A DNA stretch of 63,835 nt, the filler included, from Reclinomonas americana ATCC 50394 (Eukaryota), in assembly GCA_048213135.1 (NCBI GenBank). It is 16 parts of 16 records of this genome, joined end to end, with 100 filler letters (N's around TTAATTAATTAA, not from the genome) between each part and the next. Parts side by side here need not be neighbours in the genome. Positions count along the whole stretch, not along the records: positions 7,829 to 12,757 come from AFZH01018339.1; positions 12,858 to 15,090 come from AFZH01018340.1; positions 15,191 to 26,630 come from AFZH01018341.1; 13 more parts are not named here. One strand, written 5' to 3'. Positions 12,288 through 24,800 of this stretch are shown piece after piece; position 1 is the first letter of the stretch; every line of letters starts with the position of its first letter. Under the pieces are notes generated by a model. It saw only the letters and a program-made list of their open reading frames with translations, made no database searches and had not been told where the DNA came from. A program made the translations under genes and the position numbers.

Positions 12288-15190
12288 CTACAAAACCATG
12301 TCGTCGTCGAGCGCCATGTGCTCACTCCTGGCCTCCTCCTGCGCAGACGCCTTGCTCGCATCGGCGGCCGGCGCGAGCTCCCGAGCGAACGAGATACGGC
12401 GAACGACATAGGTCAGGATGTAGGCCGGCTGTGCCAGCACCGATTCTTCGTGAACCAGTTTCACATCGGCATCGTCGCACAAGATCCACTGGCCAGCGTG
12501 ACGCACGTACGCCAAATAGTGTCCGCGCTCCATGCTGCCCTTGTGCACCACCACACCTTGCAAATCGTACAGCAGCGGGCCGGTATACACGCTGCCAGTC
12601 AGCGGCTGCGACAGCAAAGAAAACAGAACGCGATGAGAAGAGGAGAGTACAAGTAGAATCGTCGCCACTTGAGTCCAACGCACCTTGCCATCGGCATCGT
12701 CGCGCACAAGGAACGGGCTCATGTCGAGGCCATACATCGGAAACTCAATGTGGTCATNNNNNNNNNNNNNNNNNNNNNNNNNNNNNNNNNNNNNNNNNNN
12801 NTTAATTAATTAANNNNNNNNNNNNNNNNNNNNNNNNNNNNNNNNNNNNNNNNNNNNGGAGGACGCGACCGCCACACGTGGCGCTGTGCTCGAAGCGCTT
12901 CAGATGGAAGCACAGCACGGGTGGGAGCGTGACGAATGACAGCTGTTTGCGGCCGGGAGTCTTCTTGTTGCACGTGTTGCAGATCACTGGCTCGGTGACG
13001 CCGAGGTTCTCCATGCGAGTGAAGCGGCGCAGGCAGAATTGCAACGTGCGGTGACCGTCGGCGGAGAAGGAGGAACTGGAAAACGGCGAGCTGGCCGCCG
13101 AAGTCGGTGACATGGCGACATCCGGATGCTGCGCAATCTCCAAGCTAATGTCGAAGAAGGGTTCCGTCACGCGCGATGTGTTGTGGCAGTGCGAGCAAAT
13201 CACCGACGAGCGCAGGGTACCCGAGAAGCACGAGTGCACGACGCATGCGCACGGACTGCGGTCGGCCAGCGATGAGGTGGCCGTCGACTGTGGGTTGCTG
13301 GTGCACGAGCTGTGGATGCCGTTGAGGGCGCCAATGAGGAACTCGTGAGCGTCCTGCTGCTCGTAGCCGGCCAGGTAGCTGGCGAATTTCCACATGGCCA
13401 CCAGGCAGCCCGAGGGGCTGTGGGGGTAGGGGTCGCCGTTGTAGAGCTGCGAGAGGGGGAAGGGGGGAGGGGGAAGGGGATAGGGAGGGGGGAAGGGTGA
13501 ACAAGCTGAGGTGAGGGGAAGGAGAGGCGACAAACAGCGAAGAGAATGAGTAAGAGTGCGAGAGAGTTGAAAGAAGGAATACTCATGAACTGCGAGTGAA
13601 GGGAAGAAGAACGAAACAATGTAACTGACTGCACAGTGAGTCCGAGATGAGTGAACAGAAGTGAGAAGGGAAGGGAAAGGGAGGGGGGAAGGGAAGGGTA
13701 AACAAGCCGAGGTGAGGGAGAGGAGAGGCGACAAACAGCGAAGAGAATGAGTGAGGGTTGAAAAAGAACATTCATCAATTGAGAGTGAAGAGATGAGGAA
13801 CGAAACAATGTGACTGACTGCACAGTGAGAGCGAGGGAGAGAAAGGGAGATGAGTGAACGGAAGTGAGAAGGGAAGGGAAAGGGAGGACGGAAGGGTAGG
13901 GTAAACAAGCTGAGGTAGGAGGAAGGAGAGGCGACAAACAGCGAAGAGAATGAGTGTGAGAGTTGAAGAATATACATCAACTGAGAGTGAAGAGATGAGG
14001 AACGAAACAATGTGACTGACTGCACAGTGAGAGCGAGGGAGAGATAGGGAGATGAGAGAACAGCAGTGAGAATAAGCTGAGACTGACGGTGACGAGCTGC
14101 TGTTGCGGCCCGTCACTCACCTCCGAAATCAATTCATCAATGGCACACCCGAGGCAGCCGCCATCAAAGCCCTTGCCGCGTGGACAGCGCTCTCCACGTG
14201 GGTGATGATCGCACAGGAAGAAGTTGCGCACAGGCGGGCAGTGCGCCAGCACTTGCAGGATGGAGTTCATGAAGCACGTGTTGCCCATATTGTACAAGCC
14301 GCGCAGACCCAAGTCCGGGCACCTGGACGAGGCACAAGTAGGGTGAGCGTGTGGCGAAGGTCGCTGGGCAAACAACTCACAACGCAAGGACGCAACAATT
14401 CACCACCACCCGCCGTCGCGTCGCTTGGCATCGACCTGCCCTGCAACATACTGAGCGAACCCAAATCAGTGGCATACGCTCGTCCTCCCACGCCAATCGT
14501 CTCCAGCAACCGCTCTAACGAGGCCGGCGCGCTAATGACTTTTCTCCTCTTCCGCTCGTGCTCCTCTTCCTCTGCATGCGCACTGCTGTCGGTGCTGGCG
14601 GCGGCGGCAGCAGCAGCAGCAGCAGCTGTGGTGGTTGTTGTCGTCGTCGTCGTGGAGGTAGAGTTGTCGCGGGGTCGCTTCACTCCTGCTTCCCGACTCG
14701 TGCGCATCGCCTCCACCGATGCGTGATACTTGTGGTCACCGCACGTGGCACAAAAGACTTCGCGGCAAGCCAAGTCGAGAGCTGAGACGACCACCCTAGC
14801 TGTGAGACAACTTGCACAACTGCGCAGCATGCACGTCTCCCCCCGTACACACCTAATGAGTGATCATGTGTATGCGCGTGTTCGACACAGTGGGCACGGC
14901 ATGCCACAAAGGCGCACGAGAGGCAAGCGAACAGACGCGGAGGGATGCTGTGGTGGTACAAGGAGTGTAAAACGGCACGATTAGACAACAAGACAATGAA
15001 TGCCTTGCAAAGCTCTCTCCGAAGATGGCATGCCTCTCCCTCTCCCTCTCTCCCTCTCTCTCGCTAACACTCTGCTTTGTATTCAAGCTTNNNNNNNNNN
15101 NNNNNNNNNNNNNNNNNNNNNNNNNNNNNNNNNNTTAATTAATTAANNNNNNNNNNNNNNNNNNNNNNNNNNNNNNNNNNNNNNNNNNNN

Positions 15191-15276
<86 letters not shown>

Positions 15277-15708
15277 CCCCCCACTTCTCTCTCTCTCTCT
15301 CCCACGCAACAATCCACTTGCGGCCACCCCCACACTTCCCGCCACCGCCGCCTCCGCACACGCAAAGCAATGCAACCGCCTTCCCGCGCTCGTCGCACCT
15401 CCCGCTCCACTCGCATGCAACAGAAACCCACTCGCACTTCCTCTTCTCCCTCTGACTCCCACTGCCGCCGATCTCCCCGACAGAACCGGCGTCCACGGAG
15501 CCGAGGTCAGCGCAGAGGTGAGTGCAGAGGAGGCATCGAGTCGCGAGTCCAACAGACAGTGGAGCAAGTGCACCGTGGCGCGTTGTTGTTCTTCTCTCTG
15601 TTCCTCGTCCTCGTGCTTTTCGTGTGGTGGGGATGCTGCGTCGGCGACTCGTTCGGGTGTGGTGTCGTGGTCGGGGGAGCAGAGGGCGTCGAGGTGGGCG
15701 CACGACAT
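12288..15708 (-). CDS. USP22: Ubiquitin-specific protease USP22/Ubp8 (SAGA DUB module), spans two gaps
   Basis: MSCAHL start, ZnF-UBP (CLSCAFVACRAHCVEHAHTHDH, VFCATCGD), Cys box GLRGLYNMGNTCFMNSILQ, YEQQDAHEFL, LPPVLCFHLKRF and His box VVVHKGSMERGHY. Confidence 0.9.
13495..14060. repeat. Three diverged copies of an approximately 200-bp tandem repeat inside a USP22 intron
   Basis: Units start near 13500, 13700 and 13903. Each has AACAAGCYGAGGT..GGAGAGGCGACAAACAGCGAAGAGAATGAGT..GAACGAAACAATGTRACTGACTGCACAGTGAG. Confidence 0.88.
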
Positions 15709-16037
15709 GATGTGAATGGCAAATGAAGGACAGCACAGGACGAGTGGTGGTCGGCAACTCCTCGACGTATGAAGACGGGATGCTCTAAAGCATCCAGTAC
15801 TGCACACCATCGTCGACAGGAAAACCGATTCCACTCGCGATCATCTATCCTGGGGATCACACCAACTTGCAAACCTTTTCCTTTTTGTTTTGACACTCGA
15901 TCGCGCTCTCTCCCGCTCTGCTGCACACGGTTTGGTTGACCAAAACCCCTGCAGACTACCCTTGACCCCATGGCCATTGAAGAACTGACACACACATAGG
16001 GCCCCATACATACTTCGCAAAATATGCCAGCAACTGT

Positions 16038-16864
16038 TTACAATTCCACCAGTCCCATTTGTTTCTTGCAGTACTGCTCGATAGTTCCGCGCGAATCGAT
16101 AAGATCCCGCACCATCCCTTGCCCGATGCTGCTGAAGTACTTGCGCTGCTCTCCGGCGTGGGTAAAATACGTCCCGCCAGTGATGTCGCTGACCATCCAC
16201 TTGCTGGCCGTGCCGAACGACGCAAAGTGCCGATGCGAAGACGGCGGGGAATGTTGCACCACGTAAATGCGCCAGGAACCCCAGTCGCCGAGATCGACTG
16301 TGATCCGTGGCCTGCCATCTCCTGCAATCTGATGAACTCCGGCAACGACTGAGAGGTACTTCGTCGCCCGACACAACCTCATGAAGCTCGACACCAGTGC
16401 ATGTTGCGGATATCCGTACTCTGCGTACTTCCGGAGGTTCTTCTCCAGACGCCTCCACTTCAGCCGGTTTCCGTTGGAGGTGAACTGTCCACCCGCTCGC
16501 GGATCTACATAACCACGGATGGTGTTGATTTCGTCAAGCACCGGCGTCAGATGCTGCGCGTGTACTCGGTTTGTGAGATCGCCATGCCACCTTGAAAGGC
16601 TCGCGGATGCTTGACAACTGACGAACCTGGTTGTGCAGACACCACACTTGCTCAACCACGAGGTTGCGATTGGAATGCACCAGTGAGTCGTCTTCGCTGA
16701 CTCTCCATCCAGTGTCATCTCTCGTGAAAAGATGACGGAGGTCTTCCGGCGCGGGGATCTGGCGGCCTTTGTTCTTGCTCATGAAATCTCGTCGCACAGT
16801 ACGTGATGCGGCCTCAGAAACGTTTATCAGGGCCTGAGAAACGGACAAAGCCGTGATCAACATG

Positions 16865-16915
<51 letters not shown>

Positions 16916-17970
16916 GCACACACACACACACACACACGCACACACACACACACACCTGACGAAACGCGTACGGTTTGTCTCGATCACGGGGCCCGCTTGA
17001 CGATGATGCAAGGGACGACGAAGAGGCACTCTCCGTCGTGTACGATGAACTCGACGACGTCGTCCTCGAGCTCGAGCCGTGTGCTGAAGGCACTCGCCTG
17101 GACAACAGAAGATGCTTAGTGACACTGCAAAAAAGAATGGTAGTGGACTCGGGTCGCAACTGCGAGTACGAGAGCCGCGATCTTCTCCACATTTCACGTC
17201 TCTCGTCACCTGTTGCGAGTGAGAGCACTGAGCATCATGTGATCCAGCAAGGAGCCCGCTACTGCACCTTCATGGTGCTGCATCAAGTCCATAATCTTCG
17301 TTGCGATCCCGTGATGACGGTGATAGCACGCCCACTGTCGAGAGAGACATGTTATTTGAGGCAGGGTCATTGCTCTTGATCTCCAAGTGAGTGACGCAGA
17401 CCTTGAGTGCCTCTCGAACGTACGGGTCGTCGTCGTGCATGTCGAGCACCTCGACGAGTTCGTAAGCCTCCACGTAGCGCTCGTCTCTGATTGCGTTTGT
17501 CAGCCTGCATAAAATGAGTGATTTCATTGTTGCAGAGATATCAGATCAAACCCTACCCTTACACAACAACAACGCAACATTTCGGTCGACAGCACAGACG
17601 CACGGCTGACTGCGGGACTCAAGCTAGGACTGTAATGAGAGGTGATGTCGAAGTGAGCATGCAGACAGACACTTGCTTGTCAGAGTCGCAAGGCGGTGAC
17701 AACACAGAAATCAGTGAGTGAGAGAGAGAGAGAGAAGAGGAAGCACTGCCTTGTCGGGTGAGTGAGGGAAGCATGAATGAAGGGGAGAGGGTGACGATGA
17801 GAGTGCGAACAACACACGCAATGAACGCACAGTAGTTTTCGAGGCTGATCGTGAATGCGTTCTTCCTCACCCTCCTCCTCCTCCTTCTTCAGTGGTGACA
17901 CAGCGTCATCGCCACATTCTGCTGCACTGCCGCGATCGGGAGTGCAAGCGTGGTGTTCGCTCGACATCAT
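16038..17970 (-). CDS. Hypothetical multi-exon protein of unknown function
   Basis: ATG at 17970 (MMSSEHHAC..), GT-AG-bounded exons (RLTNAIRDERYVEAYELVEVL, WACYHRHHGIATKIMDLM) and a long terminal exon ending QMGLVEL-TAA. Internal splice pattern is uncertain. Confidence 0.5.
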
Positions 17971-18163
17971 GTCACGGAAAAAATGAAGGACAGGGCGCGC
18001 CGCCGGGACGAAGATTGATGTTGCCTTCGACAGCGTGTTGAGACAGGATGCTCTGGTACTGAGAAAGCATCCACAGCTCCACCCCAACGTCAACAGAGAA
18101 GAAAAAACCAACAGCCCATTCACTGCAATCGCCATCGACCGCAGCGTACCTCCTCATAATCAA

Positions 18164-19031
18164 TCACACCAAGCTCCTCAACGCCGACACCCACGCCGCC
18201 TTATCCTTTGGTGTGTGACACTCGATCCAGTACTCTCGCCCCGTCGTCGAATCCGTAATCACCATCAGCAACGGGCGATCCTCTATCGGGTCCGGCTGCA
18301 CCGCGCGCCCGCCCGCCACATTGATCACACCCTTGGGGCGGATCGCGGGCGACTCGGCCTCCTCGCGGCACTTGAAGTACGACACGCTCTTGGCGTCGCG
18401 ATCGAGCACAAACCAACGCGTCTTCCAGTTGCGTACAATGTTGCCGCGCTTGGTCATTGCCGTGCTCAGGTATCGAGGCAGAGAGACAGGCTCTGCTGCT
18501 GCTGTTGCAGAGGAGCGCGGAGAGATGACAGCAGAGGCGCGCGGAGACACAGAAGCGGTCTCGATTGGTGGTTGTGGTGGAGGAGGAGGTGGCGGAGGAA
18601 TGATCAGATCGGGCAGGCGTTGAAGGTGATTGATGGGTGCGAGGCCGCGTTGGCCTTGCGAGTTCTCGACGAGCCACCAGCCTGGTTTATCGGTGAGTGA
18701 GTGAGTGAGTGAGTGAGTGAGCGAGTGTGTGTGTGAGTGAGTGAGGTGTGTGTGTGCGCACCTGAAGCTTCATCTGCGATGGAAACGATGCGCAGTCGCT
18801 CGTTCTGCTCGAAAGCGAGTTCGCGTGTGGAGTCGGTGGTGACGGAGCGCGTGTAGAGTGCCACGGCGACGCCTGCGATCGATGCGTGTGAGAGTGAGTA
18901 AGCGGGAAGGGATGTGAGAGTGACTGACCGTGCGGGTCGGCTGGTGCCTGTGTGCGAGAAGTGAGTGAGCGTGTGTGATAGAGAGAGAGAGAGAGAGGGG
19001 CGATGAACGCAACTCTCTCGGCGAGTGACAT
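18164..19031 (-). CDS. SH3 + proline-rich linker + PH domain adaptor protein
   Basis: SH3: VAVALYTRS..RELAFEQNERLRIV / GWWLVENSQGQRGLAPINHL. PH: MTKRGNIVRNWKTRWFVL..REYWIECHTPKDKAAWVSALRSLV-stop. Confidence 0.88.
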
Positions 19032-19398
19032 GAATGAGAGTGAATGCATGTCCTCTTCGTCAATATATTGTGTGGTATCGACGTTCGCACACCACGAACG
19101 ACTTTTATCTGCCTGCGTCACGCAAGTAGTACTGTGGAGGTCGGGCTTCAGAAACGGCGCGAGCCGAAGCTCGACTTCACGACAGACACGAGAAGACGAA
19201 AACAATTCATTCACCGTCACCTGGATTATGAGCCTTCACAACACACCAACAAAGACGATCGCACGCCCCAGCGCCGGGGGAGAAAAATTTCCCATCGCGA
19301 AACGGCAACATCGCTCCACCACTTCGTTCTCCGATACAATCACACATTCGGAAGGCGCAGTCGGCGAGCAATGGCGCGGTGCTCACGTCTTCCGCTGT

Positions 19399-21577
19399 TC
19401 ACGTTGCCTTCTCGAACCGCATGCCGCTCAGCCGGGCCGAACACAACATCCTGCATATGTACTGCCGTGTCAGTTCAAAGGCGGCTGACAACACGCTTGA
19501 CATGAAGCATACGTAATGCACCGCTCTGGCATACTTACTCATCGCCGCGCCCACCATCGTCAGCTTCTCCGCAGGAGTGGCATCAGCAGTAAACTGAATC
19601 AGCAGCCCACGATCCACATCGGCACGAGGGGGCCCGATTGCTGCACGCATGAAACGCACGCTAAGGCTCAGGAGCACGACGTGCACACGTCTGTCAATCG
19701 CAGATACTCACTGTCTTGGTCAACTACAGCCATGTTGAATCCTGCCTGCTGCTGGCGCTCTTGTCCGAGCTCGATGCTGCCTGTAGCTGCCGCAGCGAAC
19801 GCTCGCGGCAACTTGAAAACCATGCGACCGACAGGAACAGTGCCGCGATTGAATCGCCACTCATCTACCGTGTCGGGAAATGAACAGCACATGTGCGACT
19901 TGCCGTCGCGTGATCGCGCACAGAGATATGTGCACCGTTGATTATGTCCACTGTGTGCCAAGCGACAAATGCATGTGAATCAATGTCAATACATGCAGTA
20001 TACGTAAACAAGGACAAAAAACGCGTGGGAGTACGCAACATGCAACACACAAAGCTGCAGCACGGAGCGCAGCAGCCTGGTTCGATGCGATTCACCCAAG
20101 GCGTCTGCGTAATCCGTGTCTCTCCGGTGTTCATCGAACTTGTCACTGGTGTCGCTGCAAAGCCGTTGCTATCCGTGTACACCATATTACGCGGGCCAAG
20201 TATCTCGCCGGTGGCCATGGCATCGTTGCGCATCGCAGGGTCGAGGACAGAGAAGACCGTTTGCTCAGCCGGATAATAATACCCCGCGCAGCAACACGAT
20301 ACCATTGTGCACTTGTACGGCGTCTTGCGGCGGGTTGTGTGCCGACGAATTGAGAAGGCAGGTGCACGAGAATCATCAGCCTTGTACGCAGCGTGGGTGA
20401 ATACTGCAGTCTCCTGCACGATGGAAGAGCGGGAGAGATGCGTCAAATGTACAAAGTGTGGGCATTCGCGCGTGGTAGCAGAATCATTAACGCACGTCCC
20501 AAGCCAGTGTGTCTGGACCAGAGCTACAGTCGCACCCCCATGCGTGGCAGGAGCGTGTACAGCGATCGCCGCAAGTGACCTCGTCTGCCCACAGAGCAGC
20601 AGACTTGAAGAGTGCGCCGCGAGTACGCTCGCTTGCAACTTCGATAGCGCCTCCAATGAGTAGGTTGTCGGTACAGCAGCAGCCGAACATCCAGCAGGAG
20701 CAGCAACCCTCGATGTCAAGATCACAGCATTGGCAAGTGCGAGCTGCAACACAAGGCACTGGTCACTGCACGGAACACAAAGAATGCGCATTTAAGTAGC
20801 GAGCAAACGAACCTCGACGAAGGAAATGGTCGATGCCGATCTCGGGCGTTACCTGTAGTCGCACAGAAGTCTGTTGCGCCATCATCTCAAGTGCCTGCAT
20901 GGACCGGTGTGTTACACTGAATGGCACTGCTCGTGAATCATATTCAGGTATCCACAAACCTCTGCCAGTCCACCGGCACTGGCGGCGCCCGGCGGTGGCG
21001 GCGGCGGCGGCGGCGGAAGTAGCAACGGTGGAGGTGGAGGACCGCCTTCGTCTGGGAGAGCTCGAGCAACGGCTGGCAAAGGCGGTACCGATCGATGCGC
21101 ACGCTGCACATCTCCCACCATGTACATGTTCAGCGCTGAGTCATGACCAGCAGCTGCCTCGACGGCGACGGGTCGCTGAGGCAACGGCTGGGGATGAACC
21201 TCACTCGCAACATCAGATGCAACGAGTGGCGGCGGAGGCGGTGGCGGAGGTGGAACGGCATTCAGTACCGAGAGAACAGACTGGCCAGAGCCGAAATCAA
21301 GCTCAACTTCCTCCTGTTGCACACCTGCCACCGGCTGCGCACCAAGCACCTCCTCCGCCTGGTTGATCACCACGCTGGCGGCAGCTGGTTCTTGAGGAGG
21401 GGGCTGAACGGGTTGCACACCGACGACAGGGAAATGGGGCATCGGAGGCAGGTGCACCGCAATTCGCTCATCCGACGTCCGCTGATGTGCCTGTTGCACA
21501 ACATGATCGTGAGAGTCGCAGGGGGGTGCAGCAAAGAGTGGGAAAACACTCACCACGTTGTCGCTCTCTGACGACAT
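19399..21577 (-). CDS. Phospholipid scramblase-like protein with Pro-rich N terminus and Cys-rich segments
   Basis: Pro-rich N terminus, Cys clusters (CQCCDLDIEGCCSCWMFGCCC, CCAPCC) and C-terminal DVDRGLLIQFTADATPAEKLTMVGAAM resembling the scramblase terminal helix. Confidence 0.6.
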
Positions 21578-21847
21578 AGTTTTCCCGGCGTTTCGTGACA
21601 CGCAGTGACAGGACACGCAGGAAGATGTTCGGTGTCAGATTCTATTCGACGCAATGCAACACTGGTGTCAATCGCTCGCTATCCGCAAGTTTTCGACACT
21701 GAAAAGCATACTTGTCTCTCATGTCCCGCGGCACGAAGAAGTCACACACAATCCCCTCCCCACAATCGTAATTGGGCATCGCCCTATACTTAAACCCCAC
21801 CTCGCCACAACCTGGCGTCATCCTCCCACGCTCACTGTATCGTCGCA

Positions 21848-24800
21848 TCACGACTCCTCCACGTGCGACTGCGACCGCTTGCATCCTTTGGCGTTGATGT
21901 CGGTCGAACCGCAGCACTCCCACGTAAATGTCTGCGTGACGGTCGTGAGCAACACACCGCTCCCTCCTCCAACTCGTGTGTGCGTGCGACAGACCGCCTG
22001 CACGCAGACGTGAGTACACGCGAACGACACATGCAGTCGACAATAACACACACAACTTTTCCGCGTGCCAACTGTCCTCGCGACGGTGACCGGCGAAGAG
22101 TAAGCACACACGGAACAAGCACCAGAAAGCATTAGGAAGTGGCGACTGACCTCTTGTTCCAACTGCACAGGGAGGGAGATAAAACGGTGAGCAATCACGA
22201 AGCACCAAGAGCGATGAACGGAACACGCGACTCACAAACTGTGCACCAGAAACCGCACCACCGCCAATGAAGAAAGCAGTGAGGAAGGAAGGCGCGCGTA
22301 GACAGTAACACATCGCAAACTGCCAAAAACTCACCACCTGTGAACACAGTGAGTGAGAATCGAATACAGACACCAACTGCACGACATGCAGACGAACCCG
22401 CTGTTCCGTGGACAGTCGCACAAGCGATTCGATCACAAGGTGAGCTCTGTTTGCACGGACACGGCGCACGGGGGAGATGCAGCGTACAAACCATCTGCCA
22501 CACCAAATGAGAACAGATGGGCGTCGAAGGACGAGAGGGAGTGACACGCACCACAGAAAACTGTTGTCGTCGTGCCACCAGAGGGCAAGAAAGTTAGCAA
22601 TCGAGACAGAGCTACGAACGCATGCTACAAGGCCTTCAACGCACCGCCTGTACACACGATTAGAGGTGCATTGCGACGCAATAAGAGCACAGGATAAGAG
22701 TCACGCAACAGTCTGGAGGTAGATGGTGGGCAAGTGGAGGAATGGCACACAAAGTAAGCATCAACAGCGCGAGCGTACACCGATATATGCACGCAACAGT
22801 CTGTGTGAACAAGCAGAAGTGAGGGTACAGTAAGAGAGGAGGAGTTCATGCGCACTTTGCACTTACCCCCTGTTCCGATTCGTCACGCGATGCATAATAG
22901 AAAGAAAGCAATTTTGTGAGACAACGATGAGACGCAATGAATCGTTACCAACGCACTCCCTGCGGTGAGCGCGAGAAGAACACGTCAGAGGCACATCAGC
23001 CGCGGCATGTGCATGCACATGCAAGACGCGCCTTCTGCATGAGGCAATAGAATCATCAGAAACGCGAGCATGCCAACCATTTCACACCCACGTAAGAAAC
23101 GCAACAGTATCATCCTCCGTGGACTGCCGCCGTGAGCGAAAACAACAAGACGGTCAACAATCCGCATGAGCTGTAACGCACGCCAGCATCAACTCACCCA
23201 CTGTCGTCCGTAGGTTGCACGTAGCCACAAGAAACTCGTGAGACACACAGTGCCTTTGTGGGGACACACGCCGACTCCCAAGACTCACCACCTGCACGAC
23301 TCACGAGAAATGAGATCGAGCAAGCACAAGCTGCTATAAACAGCCAAACAAACTCACCCACTGAGTGCCGACAAGTGCAGATTGTGCATGACAAATGGCG
23401 TGAGTTGGTGAGAGAGACACAGATTGCAACCTTCATCGACGACGCACCGTCTGCGCCCGACGGAAGAAATCGACAAACAGCAGACTGTGAGTGACCAGCA
23501 AGTCAAAGTATCCACGCTGGAATCACGCTACTCACCGCCTACCAACACGCATTTTCACACGATAAAAAACAAGAAAACTCAGAGTCACGCAAGCACACGG
23601 AGGCAACGTCGACGGACTTACCGCCTGTATGCATTCCGAGATGCGACACACACGTGGGTGAGTGAGATGAAGCAATGAATGTGACAATAAGCACTCTAAC
23701 GCACCCACTACGCGGGAGTAATCAATAGCACGTGCGCAATAGAAATGAGCCATGGCATTGCATAATGAGAGAGACGACAACGCACCCCCTGCAATGCAGC
23801 AAAGGAAATAAGAGCATGGTGGCAACCCAAACACGAACAAGAGACTCACCGCAAACGCCTACATGCGTGGCACGCGATAGTGATGAGAAGGTGTAAGAGA
23901 GAGTAATGCAACAATGAAATGATGTGAAGCGGATGAATCTTACCGACTGCGGATTCAGGAGGGGAAGAGGAGAAGCAAAACATGAGAACTTTCAAGATTG
24001 ACACGGCGGATACTGAACGACGCTACTTACCGTCTGCACATGATTCCACAGCGCACGCATCGCAACACATGAGTATGGACACGGTTGTGACAACAGAGCT
24101 GCCGAACAAACTCACCAACTGCACAACGCAAATCACAATGAGGGACGAATGGGAGTGACAACAGGCAAGCAACAATCAGTCAACGCACCCGCTGATACGA
24201 CAAGCAGACAGGCGAGCAATAAATATGAGCAAATGGAGGAAAGCAAATCTTACGCAGGTCACTCGCAACACTCACCCCCTGCAGTCGAGACGCAAGGCCA
24301 GCGCACGCAGAAGTATGAACATGTGAGTCTGTGTGCAAAGCTAATCGTACTCCGAGAAACACTCACGTCCTGCAATTCAACCGTGAGCATGATAAAGGAC
24401 TGCATGTGGGTGACAGGCATTGATTGACACTCACCGACTGCCAGAGGTCAGACAAGCAGGCACAACAACGAGAATCGAGCAAAGTGTCAGCGTTGCAAGC
24501 GGTTGGAACGAACGACATGTCCACTCACCAGCTGCACGCAGTCAGGCAGTGATTGTCGCACAATGAGCAAAAGTGAGTTCCCCAAGGCAGGCCATGCATG
24601 AGAGACATTGACAGACCTCCTGCAGACATCAAAGTGTATCAGAATGATGCAGACTATAATGGCCAAACAAACAGGCACACTCACCCCGTATTCCTGTTGG
24701 TTGGCGCCACGGCGAGGAAAAGAACAATCTGAGAGTGAGCGTAACCACGAGACGAAAGCCAGTCAACAGACAAGTCGCCACACACCCACTGCGTAGACAG

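Noticed and set aside
22374..22376. Additional TTG microexon (GCAG|TTG|GTGTCT)
   Set aside because: It would require a 21-nt upstream intron, far below the 57-96-nt range seen.
21642..22655. 337-aa hydrophobic minus-strand ORF suggesting a membrane protein
   Set aside because: It reads through T/G-rich introns of the microexon array. The spliced model explains the splice signals and gives a coherent Cys/His C terminus in a different frame.
21995..24788. CRISPR-like array (ACTCACC..CTG motifs at about 80-nt spacing)
   Set aside because: The recurring motif is just the reverse complement of acceptor-codon-donor. There is no 23-47-nt direct repeat, no cas genes, and the context is eukaryotic.
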